From positions 173,602,001-173,666,000 of the forward strand of contig NC_086097.1 of the NCBI RefSeq assembly GCF_963921235.1: a DNA stretch of 64,000 nucleotides. The letters are read 5' to 3'. The DNA comes from Mobula hypostoma. Taxonomy: Eukaryota. The notes under the pieces are model-generated. The model worked only from the letters and a program-made list of their open reading frames with translations. It did not search any database and was not told the DNA's origin. Positions 51,161 through 63,195 of the stretch are shown here, one piece after another. The number at the start of each line of letters is the position of its first letter. Within the stretch, counting starts at the first letter, position 1. A program made the translations under genes and the position numbers.

Positions 51161-52994
51161 ATGTACCTCCATTAGTCTAGCTTTCAATAATAAAGCTCAA
51201 AACTAGGAAAAAAAAGAACAGAATATATTAAGAATATGAATTGCCACCCCAAGTAAATTAAAATATTCAGTGGGAATTCAACAACAGAGAAAAGCAATGA
51301 TGCTAGATTTGATGGTGAATAGCTGGTGAATTGTAAAAGGCAAAACAAAGTTTCAGTATTTAAATGCATAAAATTCAATGGGCAATCACAGATTTAATTC
51401 ATTGTTGATTGATAGTCATACATGTAATCAATGTTGAGAGAATTGTATCATGGTGTGCTGATATGACCATAACTGAATCAAAACTCTGAAAATGTAATTA
51501 ATGTATAAAAACAACTGCATTGCTTCAATCACCTGGTTTTACAGAAGTAAACTTTTTTCGAAGGATAATACATGATAATATAATGGCAATGTACTGATAT
51601 ACTGATCACATATGTGATGTATTGTATTTGTTTGACTAACACAATTATACAATATATCTCATAGCCCAAAATGTAGAGTTTTATCTCATTTAAATAAAAC
51701 TCAATGAAGCTAAATTATCTAACCAAGCCTCACACCCCTAAAAGCAGGGAACAGTGATTACTTTAACCTGTATGTATTCATTATATTACAGGCTATAATT
51801 GAAATATGTGCTGCCATGACTGCTGTCAGAGAAATTGCTACCAGTGCTGTAATTGGCACTGTGTTTTCTCCCAATAAGTCCAGGACTCTAGAGTTTTAAC
51901 GTTCAAGATGGGTAAGTTTCATTCTAATACCAGTGAGTTTTACTGAAATTACTAACGTGTCAGCAGAGTGGAAGTGACCAATGGAAGATGTATAAAAGGT
52001 TTATTAGATTAAATAAAATTTAAAAATAAGGAATTTTGAGAAATGAATTTGTGTTGTAATCATTTGAGCAATGGCTACACATCTGGGATAGGAAACATCA
52101 ATGTTTTGTAGGTCTATATATAATCTTACATTTGCCAAAGGTTATTATGTTCAAAGGGGAAGGTTGTAGGTTTAAATATTATTTGGAACTTTTTAAAAAC
52201 CAGTGCTGACTCACAGGATCACATTTATGTTTTAAAGCTTATACCATTACTAAGTTGTACAAAATTACATTCAATTTTTTAGTTAACATCAGATTCAAAA
52301 TGTTTTAGTTTTTTTTTCTTGATTTACAAAGTTTCCCATCCTTTACCTAGACTCAAAACCAAGTTCTCTTGCACGCTGATTTCAATGGATATTGTAAGGC
52401 TGTGCAGTACCAAACCAAAAGCTGATGTGTTTTTTCTTAATTTTATGAAATTTATTTACTGGTTTAAATATTTTAAAGTGCTATTAAATGTTGTAATTGA
52501 GTGCTTCAATTATCATTTCTTCATTTTAATTTTTGCTACTTTTCGAAATGTCCCTGCATGTTAGAGGCATTCAAAGCTATTTAAAAACCCATGCTTTATC
52601 AGCCAGCAAAGGATAGGGACTGGGTTTCACCAGCTGTCAACGACTTTCATGAGTATTCTTCAAGGTTTCTCAAGATCCTACCAATACTCAGGGATTCATT
52701 GTCGGATTACAGGTTGCCTTAGGGCAGCAAGATTGGGCACTCACATCTTAACCAGGTAAGTTCAAGTGATGAGTAGGAGTTGGCAGCGTGCTAATGCCAT
52801 CAGAATATATACTGATGTGTAAAAGAGAAGACAGATTATCATGCCTACTAATATTTCACCAAAAAAAGCGCTATTCAGATTGGTTCTTGTTTTGAAATTA
52901 GTCCTTCATGAAAGGCAAATCTCATTGATCAGTAGGTGAACAAGCTAAAATGAGTTGGAAAGATGACAAGACATATCAAAGTGATGGTACTTAT

Positions 52995-54830
52995 GGGATG
53001 CACCTCTTTCCTGATGGCAGTAGCAAAAAGCGAATACATCCTGGGTGTTGGGGGTCCCTGATGATGGATGATGCTCTCCTGCAACAGCGTTTCATGTACA
53101 AAGTTTGTAGATGTGCTCAATGGTTGGGAGGGCTTTACCCATGACGTATCAATGACTTTTTATAGGAAATCGAGGATCCAATTGCACAAAGAGATATTGA
53201 GGCCAAGGTCTTAGAGCTTATTGATTAGTTTTGAGGGGATGATGGCATTGAGTGCTGACCTGTAACTGATAAACAGCATTCTGACATATGCACATCTGCT
53301 GTCCAGATGTTTCAGGGTTGAGTGAAGAGCAAATGAGATGGCATCTGCTGTGGACCTGCTGCTGCGGTAGGCAAATTGAAGCAGATCCAAGTTACTTCTC
53401 AGCCAGCAATCAATATGTTTCATCATCAACCTCTCAAAACACTTCATCACTGTGGATATAATTGCTACTGGGTGATATTCACTGAGGCGGATCACCACGC
53501 TCTTCCTGGGCACCAGAATAACTGATGCTTGCTTGAAGCAGGTGGATACCACACACTGCCAATGTGAGAGGTTAAAGATCTCAGTAAATGCACCAGCCAG
53601 TTAATCAGCTTCAAGCAGCTCTTAGGATTTGGCCAGGTACCCCATATGGGCCAGTTGCTTTTGGTGGGTTCACCCTGCTAAGGGAAAACTCTGAATGATT
53701 CCGTGGGGACATAATCATCTTCAGCTATTTTAATAAAGTCCATTACTAACATGGTCTATTCATTTAGATCTCCCTGATCAATCCTTGAACATGGCCCAAT
53801 CCATTGACTTGAAGCAATCCCAAAGCTGCTCCTCTGCCTCCTGTGACCACCTCTTTGTTGTCTGAATCTCTGGAGCTTTGCTCTTTAGCCTCTGCTTATA
53901 TGCAGGCAGGAGGAGGACAGCAAATGATCTGATTTTCCAAAATGCGGTCTGGACATGGAACAGACGGCATTCCTTATCTTAGTATAATGGTGGTCTAGCA
54001 TGTTGGGATCTCTAGTGCTACAGGTTATATGCTGATGGTAACTGGGCAGGGTTTTCTTTAAACAAGCCTGGTTGAAGTCCCCAACAGTGATGTGAAATGT
54101 GTCGGGACTGTTTCTTTCATGCAGCATCAAGAGTGCTTGATTATAGTCAGCCTCTGGTGGTATGTAAACAGCAGTCAGGACCATGAATGAGAACTCACTA
54201 AGTAAATAGAACAGATGGCATTTGACCATTAGGTCTTCTACATCAGGAGAACATGAGTTTGACAAAACCGGCACATCAGAGCACCACTGAGAGTTTATCA
54301 TGAAACACACACTTTCTCCTTTTGCCTTTTCCAAATCAGTAGTTCACTCCATTCTATAAACCGAGAAGCCTTTCAGTCTGATCGCTGTATCTGACATGCA
54401 GGGAGAAAGCCAAGTCACAGCCAAACACAGGATACAACAGTCTCTCAATTTCCCTCCGATACAGGAATCTTGCCCTCAAGTCCTCATATTTATTCTCCAG
54501 CAACTACACATTTGCCAACAAGGTGCTGGGCAGAAGAAACCTCATCCCTCCATGTTTCAATTTGGTTTGGAGCCCCGCATCCTGCCTCAATACCATGGCA
54601 ATGAACCTTCGTCCACTTCAAGCTGCTATATCTGCCTGGCCCACCAAGTCCTTTAGAAAATCATTAGATCTGTAGATCATTAAGTTGATTTAAAAGTACA
54701 TTGCTTAGAAGGAACTTAAATGCTGCAAAATGCAGTGAGAGTAATTTGAAAGAGGTATATTTAAAAATCTATTTAGAGCTATTGTTTGCAGCTCACAAAA
54801 CATTATTGACGATCACGAGCATCTTCGGCT
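52995..54830 (-). mobile_element. Rex1/Babar-type LINE retaining its 5' region, APE endonuclease and RT N-terminus; internally deleted
   Basis: VCFMINSQWC, VYIPP, VGDFN, LDHHY and SDH (APE); CFKQASVILVP..YHPVAI..VMKCFERL..QFAYR..RSTADAI (RT). Confidence 0.85.
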
Positions 54831-55404
54831 GAAGCAATATTCTCTCATTTCTGTTCTGAATTGCCAGACCCTATAGTCTGAGTCAATGATTCCAGGCACC
54901 CTAGCCAAGAAAAACATCGACTGTCGCAGCTAACTCCTGTCAATCCAAAAGAATTTTGATCAATTCTAGATCTTCTGAACTCAAAAGTACTTCATTCACG
55001 AAATAAAAACAGAAGACATTGCAAAATTCAAAAGGTCAGGCAGTATCCAGGGAAAGAGCAGCAATGTAGATATCACAGACACTCCACCAGAACTGGGAAG
55101 ATATTCAATATTAACTCGTGCTAACTGGTCTGTCTGCTTTGCACCTCAAAGCTTTTACATGACCCTGTTTTCTCTCTGTTGTTCTCTAACTGTTCTCATT
55201 AAACTATCAATTCGATGGCATCATCAACTGCTTATCACCAGAGCAACCAATCCATCGCTCCATTTATCTGATCCATCGCTCCTCCACTCTTCCTGTAATT
55301 TAAAACTAACTTGTTTTCTCACTTTTCCAGTTCTGACAAAGGATCTTCAACCTTAACTCTGTTTTGGTTTCCAAAGAGGTGACCTGCTGAATGTCACAGT
55401 CAGT

Positions 55405-55650
55405 CACAGAAACAGGTCCCACAGCACAGAAATCTGGCCCACTGAGTGCATGTCAGTCATCAAGCACCCAATTACATTAATCCTACACTAATCCCATTTT
55501 ATTCTCTCCATAATCCCATCATCTCTCCTAGATTCTACCTGACCTACTCACAGACACACCAGGAGCAATTAATCATGGAGTTAACCCACCAACTCAAATA
55601 TTTTGAGATGTGGGAAGAAACCAGAGCAACCAGAGAAAATTCAAGGGGTC
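55405..55650 (-). mobile_element. Old V-SINE fragment
   Basis: gagatgtgggaagaaaccagagcaacc V-domain and a CR1-like tail. Confidence 0.55.
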
Positions 55651-56325
55651 ACCCTTGGAGCAAAGGAAGCTGAAAGTTGACAAGGTAGAGGAATATAAAA
55701 TTATGAGAGCATAGTTAATAAGGCAGATAGCTAGTTTTCATCTCCTTTGGCAAGTGTGTCTTAAAACTGCAAGGCATAAGTTTACAGTGAGTGAGAAGGT
55801 TAAAAGAGGTCTGATGGATAAATTTTTCACACGAAGAGTAGTTGGTATCTGGAATGAACAGTCAGGGAGGTAATGGATGCAGGAACAGTAACAACATTTA
55901 AGTGCTATCTGGACAGGTACTTGAATGGACGGATATGGAAAGAACACAGGTAATGGAATTTTCATAGATAGGAATGATGGTTAGCATAGTTGTGCCGGGC
56001 TGAAGGTATCCTCTTTCTATGCTGATACCTCGATGACTCTAGACTCTAGATTGTGAACAGCCGGCACTCTAGTGCCATATGCTGTGAAACCTCATGAATC
56101 ACAGATTCCCAGCCCAGAAGTGATTTATTTACTTCTTTTGTCTGCTTTCTGTCTCCTAACAATCCCAATACACATGAATAAATTAACCCCAATAAATATG
56201 ATTAATAATTGCTTGTGTAAAATCTTATCAAAAGCCTTCTAAAAGTTCAAATACATAACTGGTTCACCTTGATTTATTTTGTTATTACCATACCAAAAAA
56301 ACTTCAATAGATTCGTCAGTTTCTT

Positions 56326-56519
56326 CACAAACAAGAGAAAATCTGCAGATGCTGGAAATCCAAGCAACACACACACAGTGCTGGAGGAACTCAGCAGGCC
56401 AGAAAGCATCTAAGAAAAAGTTGACATTTCGGGCTGAGCCCTGATGAAGGGTTTCAGCCCGACTGTTTTCTCTTTTCCCGAGATGCTGCCTGGCCTGCCA
56501 AGTTCCTCCAGCATTTTGT
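56326..56519 (-). mobile_element. Older Penelope-derived fold-back insertion (tail plus imperfect inverted arms)
   Basis: acaagagaaaatctgcagatgctggaaatcc tail, arm agcaacacac...tgctggaggaactcagcaggcc, central ctgatgaagggtttcagccc, return arm gctgcctggcctgccaagttcctccagcattttg. Confidence 0.75.
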
Positions 56520-58889
56520 AGGAGAGGTGACAAACTTAGATTGTTATTCTGAAGTGTGGGGTGAGTGCAGACTTGATGAAAGCTCATACGATCATGAGAG
56601 GCACAGATATGGCAGACATTAAGAATCTTTTTCCCATGGGAGAAATGTCAAATACTAGATTTCATGCATTTTAGGTGAGTGGGGCAAGTTTAAGGAAGAT
56701 GTGCAGAGCAAGATCCACCGAGGGTGGTCCCTGGAATGGGCTGCCATGGTAAGTGATAGATGCAGGTACGACATGGCTTATAAGATGTTAAGTAGACACA
56801 TGAATATGCAGGAAATGGTAGGATATTGATCATGTGCAGGCAGAAAAGAGTTCACTTATTTTGATATTGTGAATGGTGAAGACACTGTGAGCCAAATGGC
56901 CTTCTATGGTGCTGTACTCTTCTATGAGTACAGCATCTGTTCAATGCCCTATGTGTTTACTCTATCCAATCTTCTATGTCAAAAACATCCAATATAATTA
57001 GTCTATCCACTCGTCTATATTCAATGTCCCATGTAATTAAGCGATCCAAACTTATTATTTTCCATGTTTCCAGTTACCACTTCCTTAAATGTTGATTCTA
57101 ATTTTTTCCACCACTGGATGTCAGGCTTACTGTTCTACAGCTCCATGTTTTATCTTTATCTCATTACTTAATAAGTGAGATTACATTTACTACTTTCCAA
57201 CTGCAAGAACTTTACAAAATACTATGGAATTTTAAAATCAATTAGTACATCCACTATCCACACAGTCACCTCCAAGGATCCAAATCACCATGTCCTGGGA
57301 ATTTATCACATTTCACATCTTAACAATGTTGTCAATCCTAATGTTTTACTTATATTAAGATTTACGACATTTCAAGTCCTCTGTTCACTCTTGATTTTTA
57401 GGTTTTCTATCTCTGTCTATAAAGACAAATGCAGTATATCTTTTCTCTGCAGTATATCTTTCCTCTGCCAATTCTTTAATCCCCTATATAATCTCTCCTT
57501 TCAGTCTCTATGGGACCTAGGTTAATTTTAGCTTCTCGTTTCCTCTTTTCAAATCTATTGAAATACCTACAGTCTTCTTAGGCATCTCACTAATCTACTC
57601 TCTTTTTTTTTTATATTTCACTGCTTTGGTTCTCCTTTTAATGAATTCTGAAAGCTTCCCAATTCTCAGTCTTAATGCTTTGCTTGGCAATATTTGAGCA
57701 AATGGTAATTTTAATTTCTCTTTAGAGACACAACTGATCCACCTTTTATATTTTAAAGAGATATATCTTACTTTTAAACCTTGAACTAATTCTTTAAACA
57801 TGAACTTGGATTACTGTCATGGCTTTTATTGCAATTTTCCAATGTACTAACAACAAATCACACCACTGGCCAATAAACCTTTGTTTCAAGATTGAACTAA
57901 ATCACTTTCAATTTTTAAATAAAATTCCAAAGTATTATGGGCACCCTTCCATAATGGTCCCTTACATATCACGTTATTGATTATGCTTTCTCTTTTTGCA
58001 AATGATGATCTAAAATAGATTGTTGTTTCACTGATTCCTTCTTTACCAGTTTGCTTTGCACTTTAAAATTTTTTTTGTAATATTTAACTGACAGCATTGG
58101 TTACTTTGCAAGTATGTCTGTTAAGATGCTTTGATTAGCACTGCCATAAAGATTCAGATAAAGAGCCCTTAAAAGTGACGTTGAAGAACTTCCCAATCAC
58201 TTTATTCACACTACTCGGATCAAGGATGCATTATTATCAATTAGATAGGCTCTCCATCATTGCATCTGAAAGGCATGGGGAAGCTGTGGATGGCGAATCA
58301 GTACATGCAGCCAGGCCAGTCTGATTCAGTCCAGAATATTCTGTGAAAACCACAGAAAGTAAAACTGGAAAGCACAATAATGAATCTTCTCTTAAATAAT
58401 CAAAAAATATAGGACATCTAAAAGGCATTTGGATAAGTACAAACGTTTGTACATGAATAGGAAAAAGGGATAGGAGTCAAGCCAGACCCAGGCAAACAGT
58501 AAGCATTTTGGTTAGCATGGACAGATTGGGCAATCAGCCTTGTTTCTATGCTGTATAACTTTATAAGAGAACATCACAGGTTAGTTGTATTGCTGATAGC
58601 ACAGAAAGTTGTCGTAGGTTACAACAAGTCATTGGTAGGAATGCAGAGCTGAGTTGAAAAGTAATAGATGGAGCTCAATCTAGAAAAGTGTGAAGGATAC
58701 ACTTCGGAAGGTTAATCTGCAACACAGAGTACAAGATCAGTGGCAGGATTCTTCGAATTGTGGAGGAACAGCGGGATCTCGGGGTCCATATCAGAATCAG
58801 AACCAAAATCAGATTTATTATCACCAGCAACATACATCAAAGTTGCTGGTGAACGCAGCAGGCCAAGCAGCATCTATAGGAAGAGGCGC

Positions 58890-58925
58890 AGTCGACGTTT
58901 CAGGCCGAGACCCTTCGTCAGGACT
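58890..58925 (-). ncRNA. Minimal type I hammerhead ribozyme motif (mirror copy, sense to VPS13B)
   Basis: Exact reverse complement of 59034-59069. Confidence 0.7.
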
Positions 58926-59033
58926 AACTGAAGGAAGAGTGAGTAAGGGATTTGAAAGCTGGAGGGGGAGGGGGAGATGCATCTCCCCCTCCCCCTCCAG
59001 CTTTCAAATCCCTTACTCACTCTTCCTTCAGTT

Positions 59034-59069
59034 AGTCCTGACGAAGGGTCTCGGCCTGAAACGTCGACT
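59034..59069 (+). ncRNA. Minimal type I hammerhead ribozyme motif
   Basis: agtc ctgacga agggtctcggcct gaaa cg tc gact, identical to 13965-14000. Confidence 0.75.
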
Positions 59070-60189
59070 GCGCCTCTTCCTATAGATGCTGCTTGGCCTG
59101 CTGCGTTCACCAGCAACTTTGATGTATGTTGCTTGAATTTCCAGCATCTGCAGAATTCCTGTTGTTTATTATCACCAGCATGTGACATGAAATTTGTTAA
59201 CTTAGCAGCAGCAGTTCAATGTAATACATTATATAGAAGAAAAAAAATAATAAATCAATCAATTACAGCATACATATATTGAATAGATTAAAAATTGAGC
59301 AAAAAACAGAAATACTATATATTAAAAAAGTGAGGTCCATTGTCCATTAAGGAATCGGATGGCAGAGGGGAAGAAGCTGCTTCTGAATCTCTGAGTGTGC
59401 CTTCAGGCTTCTGTACCTCCTACCTGATGGTAACAGTGAAAAAAGGGCATGCCTTGGTGCTGGAGGTCCTTAATAATAGACGTTACCTTCTGAAACACCA
59501 CTCCTTGAAGATATCCTGGGTACTTTGTAAGCTAGTACCCAAGATGGAGCCGACTAAATTTACAACCCTCTGCAGCTTCTTTCGGTCCTGTGCAATAGTC
59601 CCTCCGTACGAGACAGTGATGCAGCCTGTCAGAATGCTCTCCACAGTTTTTAAGAATATGCGTTGACATACCAAATCTCTTCAAACATGTAATGAAGTAT
59701 AGCCGCTGTCTTGCTTTCTTTATTACATCAATCTGTTGGGACCAGATTAGATCCTCAGAGATCTTGACACTCAGGAACTTGAAATCAAAGTTGCTATGCA
59801 AGTTGATAGGGTGATTATTAAAGTGTATGGTGTATTGCCTTCATTAGTCACGTTATTGAGTTCAAGAGCTCCTTGAACACGACTACTGTATCTGCTTCTA
59901 CCACCTCTGCGACAGCACATTCCAGGGACAATCGACTCAGTGCAAGAAACATGCGCAGAATTCTTGTTTGAACTTTTTCCCTCTCATCTTAAAGCCATCC
60001 TTCTAGTATCTGACACTTCCACCCACTGAAAAACAGACTCTGACCATTATCCCTATTTATGACTTTTTTAGTTCTAAATACTCCTACCAAGAAGCCACAT
60101 GGTTGCATTGGTCCAGAACAAGACTGCAAGTTAGCTAAACCCTTCTTACAGCTACTACTGTCTAATCAGGCCACATCCTGGTGCACAGC

Positions 60190-62830
60190 CGCAGACATTT
60201 TAACCTCTCCCTGCTTCAATCTGTGATTCCCACCTGCTTTTGGAAGACCGCTATCATCGCAGTACCAAACAGAAATGAGATAACATGCCGTAACAACTAC
60301 TGCCCAGTGGCTCTGACACCTACCATAATGAAGGGCTTCGAGAGGCTAATCATGGCACGCATTAGCTCCAGCCTTCCAGGCAACCTCAACCCACTGCAAT
60401 TTACCTACCACCAAAATAGAACTACAGTAGACACCAGCTCCCTGGCCTAACACTCTTGTCTGCAGCATCCGGAGAGTAAAGATACCTATGACATTTTTTA
60501 TTGACTGCAACTCAGCCTTCAATGTAATACTGCTGAGCAAAGTTATCACCAAGCTCTGGACCCTGGGACTCAATGCCTCCCTCTACACATGGATCCTTGA
60601 CTTCCTGACTTTCTAGATTTTAGATTCTGGACTAGTTCCTGAGGATTGGAGGGTGGCTAATGTAACTCCACTTTTTAAAAAAGGAGGGAGAGAGAAACCG
60701 GGGAATTATAGACCGGTTAGCCGAACGTCGGTGGTGGGGAAAATGCTAGAGTCCGTTATCAAAGATGTGATAACAGCACATTTGGAAAGCGGTGAAATCA
60801 TCGGACAAAGTCAGCATGGATTTGAGAAAGGAAAATCATGTCTGACGAATCTCATAGAATTTTTTGAGGATGTAACTAGTAGAATGGATAGAGGAGAACC
60901 AGTGGATGTGGTAAATTTGGATTTTCAAAAGGCTTTTGACAAGGTCCCACACAGGAGATTAGTGTGCAAGCTTAAAGCACACGGTATTGGGGGTAAGGTA
61001 TTGATGTGGATAGAGAATTGGTTGGCAGACAGGAAGCAAAGAGTGGGAATAAACGGGACCTTTTCAGAATGGCAGTCAGTGACTAGTGGGGTACCGCAAG
61101 GCTCAGTGCTGGGACCCCAGTTGTTTACAATGTATATTAATGACTTAGATGAGGGAATTAAATGCAGCATTTCCAAGTTTGCGGATGACACGAAGCTGGG
61201 GGCAGTGTTAGCTGGGAGGAGGATGCTAAGAGGATGCAGGGTGACTTGGATAGGTTAGGTGAGTGGGCAAATTCAAGGCAGATGCAATTTAATGTGGATA
61301 AATGTGAGGTTATCCACTTTGGTGGCAAAAACAGGAAAACAGATTATTATCGGAATGGTGGCCGATTTGGAAAAGGGGAGGTGCAACGAGACCTGGGTGT
61401 CATTATACACCAGTCATTGAAAGTGGGCATGCAGGTACAGTAGGCGGTGAAAAAGGCAAATGGTATGCTGGCATTCATAGCAAGAGGATTCGAGTACAGG
61501 AGCAGGGAGGTACTACTGCAGTTGTACAAGGCCTTGGTGAGATCACACCTGGAGTATTGTGTGCAGTTTTGGTCCCCTAATCTGAGGAAAGCCATTCTTG
61601 CCTAGAGGGAGTACAAAGAAGGTTTACCAGATTGATTCCTGGGATGGCAGGACTTTCATATGATGAAAGATTGGATCGACTAGGCTTATACTCTCTGGAA
61701 TTTAGAAGATTGAGGGGGGATCTTATTGAAACATATAAAATCCTAAAGGGATTGGACAGGCTAGATGCAGGAAGATTGTTCCCGATGTTGGGGAAGTCCA
61801 GAACGAGGGGTCACAGTTTGAGGATAAAGGGGAAGCCTTTTAGGACCGAGATTAGGAAAAACTTCTTCACACAGAGAGTGGTGAACCTGTGGAATTCTCT
61901 GCCACAGGAAGGAAACAGTTGAGGCCAGTTCATTGGCTGTATAAGAGGGAGTTAGATATGGCCCTTGTGGCTAAAGGGATCGGGGGTATGGAGGGAAGGC
62001 TGGTACAGGGTTCTGAGTTGGATGATTAGCCATGATCATACTGAATGGCGGTGCAGGCTCGAAGGGCCGAATGGCCTACTCCTGCACCTATCTTCTATGT
62101 TTCTATGTTTCTGACGAACAGAATACAATCAATAAGGACGGGCAGCAACCACCATGATTATTCTAAACACTGGTACTCCACAAGATTGCATCCCCAGCCC
62201 CCTACTCTACTCTCTGTACACTGATGACAGTGTGGTCAGTCTCTGTTCTAACCCCATCTACAAGCTTGCAGATCATACCACTGGAGTGAGCTGTGCCTCA
62301 AATAACAAAGAATTGAAGTACAGGAAGGAGACAGAGAGCTTAATAACATATTGTCATGACACCAACCTTCCTCTCAGAGTCAGCAAAACAACAATGCCAG
62401 CTATTGACTTCAGGAAAGGAGGCGGTACATATCCCGTCTATATCAATGTTGCTGTGGTTGAGAGTTTCAAGTTCCCGTGACTGACCATCACCAATAGCCT
62501 GTCCCAATTAAACAATGCAGATGCCATGACCAGGAAAGCTCACTAACAACTCTACTTTCCTCAGGTGTCTCAAGAAATTTGGCATGTTCCCATTGAACCT
62601 TACCATTTTTTATCATGTCGTCATTTAACCTTACCAATTTTTATCAATGCGTTACAGAGTGCATCCTATTCAGATACATAATAGTTTGATATGGCAACTG
62701 CTCTGAACACAAGAAACTGCAGAGTTGTGGACACAGCTCGGCACATCACAGTAACCAGCCATCCCTTTATGGACTCTATTTATATTTCTTGCTGCCACAG
62801 TAAAGCAGCCAGTATAACTAAAAAAATACT
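60190..62830 (+). mobile_element. Degraded Rex1/Babar-type RT split by a young CR1
   Basis: FNLSLLQSVIPTCFWKTAII..PVALTP..MKGFERL, WILDFL(T), then NTGTPQDCIPSPLLYSLYT after the insert. Confidence 0.82.
60610..62110 (+). mobile_element. Young 5'-truncated CR1 LINE; RT disrupted by frameshifts and a stop
   Basis: [33 protein letters not shown] and FADD; tail (ttctatgt)n; apparent TSD ctgac at 60605-60609 and 62111-62115. Confidence 0.95.
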
Positions 62831-63195
62831 GGGTCAATGGCATCAACAGGGGTGATGCCAAAAGGCTCAATAAACTGATTAGAAAGGCTGAATCAAACTG
62901 GACACACTGAAGGCTGTGGTAGAACAAAGGACTCCACAGAAAATCCTGGCAATTCTGGACAATGTTTCTCACCCTCTGCATGCCAACTTGGCTGAACGAA
63001 GAGCGCTATGTGAGGTCATTCTTACCCCCAGCCATAAGTCAGCCTACAGCCAGGGCGTGATGAGCCCCTCCTGTTCGATGGTTTTTGGTAACTTATGTTT
63101 TATTCTTTCTACTTCTCTTCCAATATTTATATCTGTGCACTTATAACGCTACTGTGACACTGTAACTTCCTTTGGTATCAATAAAGCATCTATCT
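62830..63195 (+). mobile_element. Rex1-type LINE 3' end
   Basis: ILAILDNVSHPLH; tail ggtatcaataaagcatctatcta. Confidence 0.75.

Larger units (their letters stand above)
58826..59164 (+). mobile_element. Young Penelope-derived fold-back insertion: perfect 308-bp palindrome plus unpaired tail
   Basis: 58826-58979 is the reverse complement of 58980-59133 with no mismatch found (axis ...gagatg|catctc...). Duplication tttattatcaccagca at 58814-58829 and 59165-59180. Confidence 0.92.
58791..59785 (-). mobile_element. Rex1/Babar-type 3' fragment inserted in a CR1 and itself interrupted by the palindrome
   Basis: FKFLSVKISEDLIWSQ..KKARQRLYF and ESILTGCITVSYG on minus; (atcaga)n tail at 58791-58813. 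Confidence 0.85.

Noticed and set aside
58690..59282. Identical peptides on opposite strands (LLVNAAGQAASIGRGAVDVS...), also at 13908
   Set aside because: A by-product of the palindromic repeat, not a gene family.
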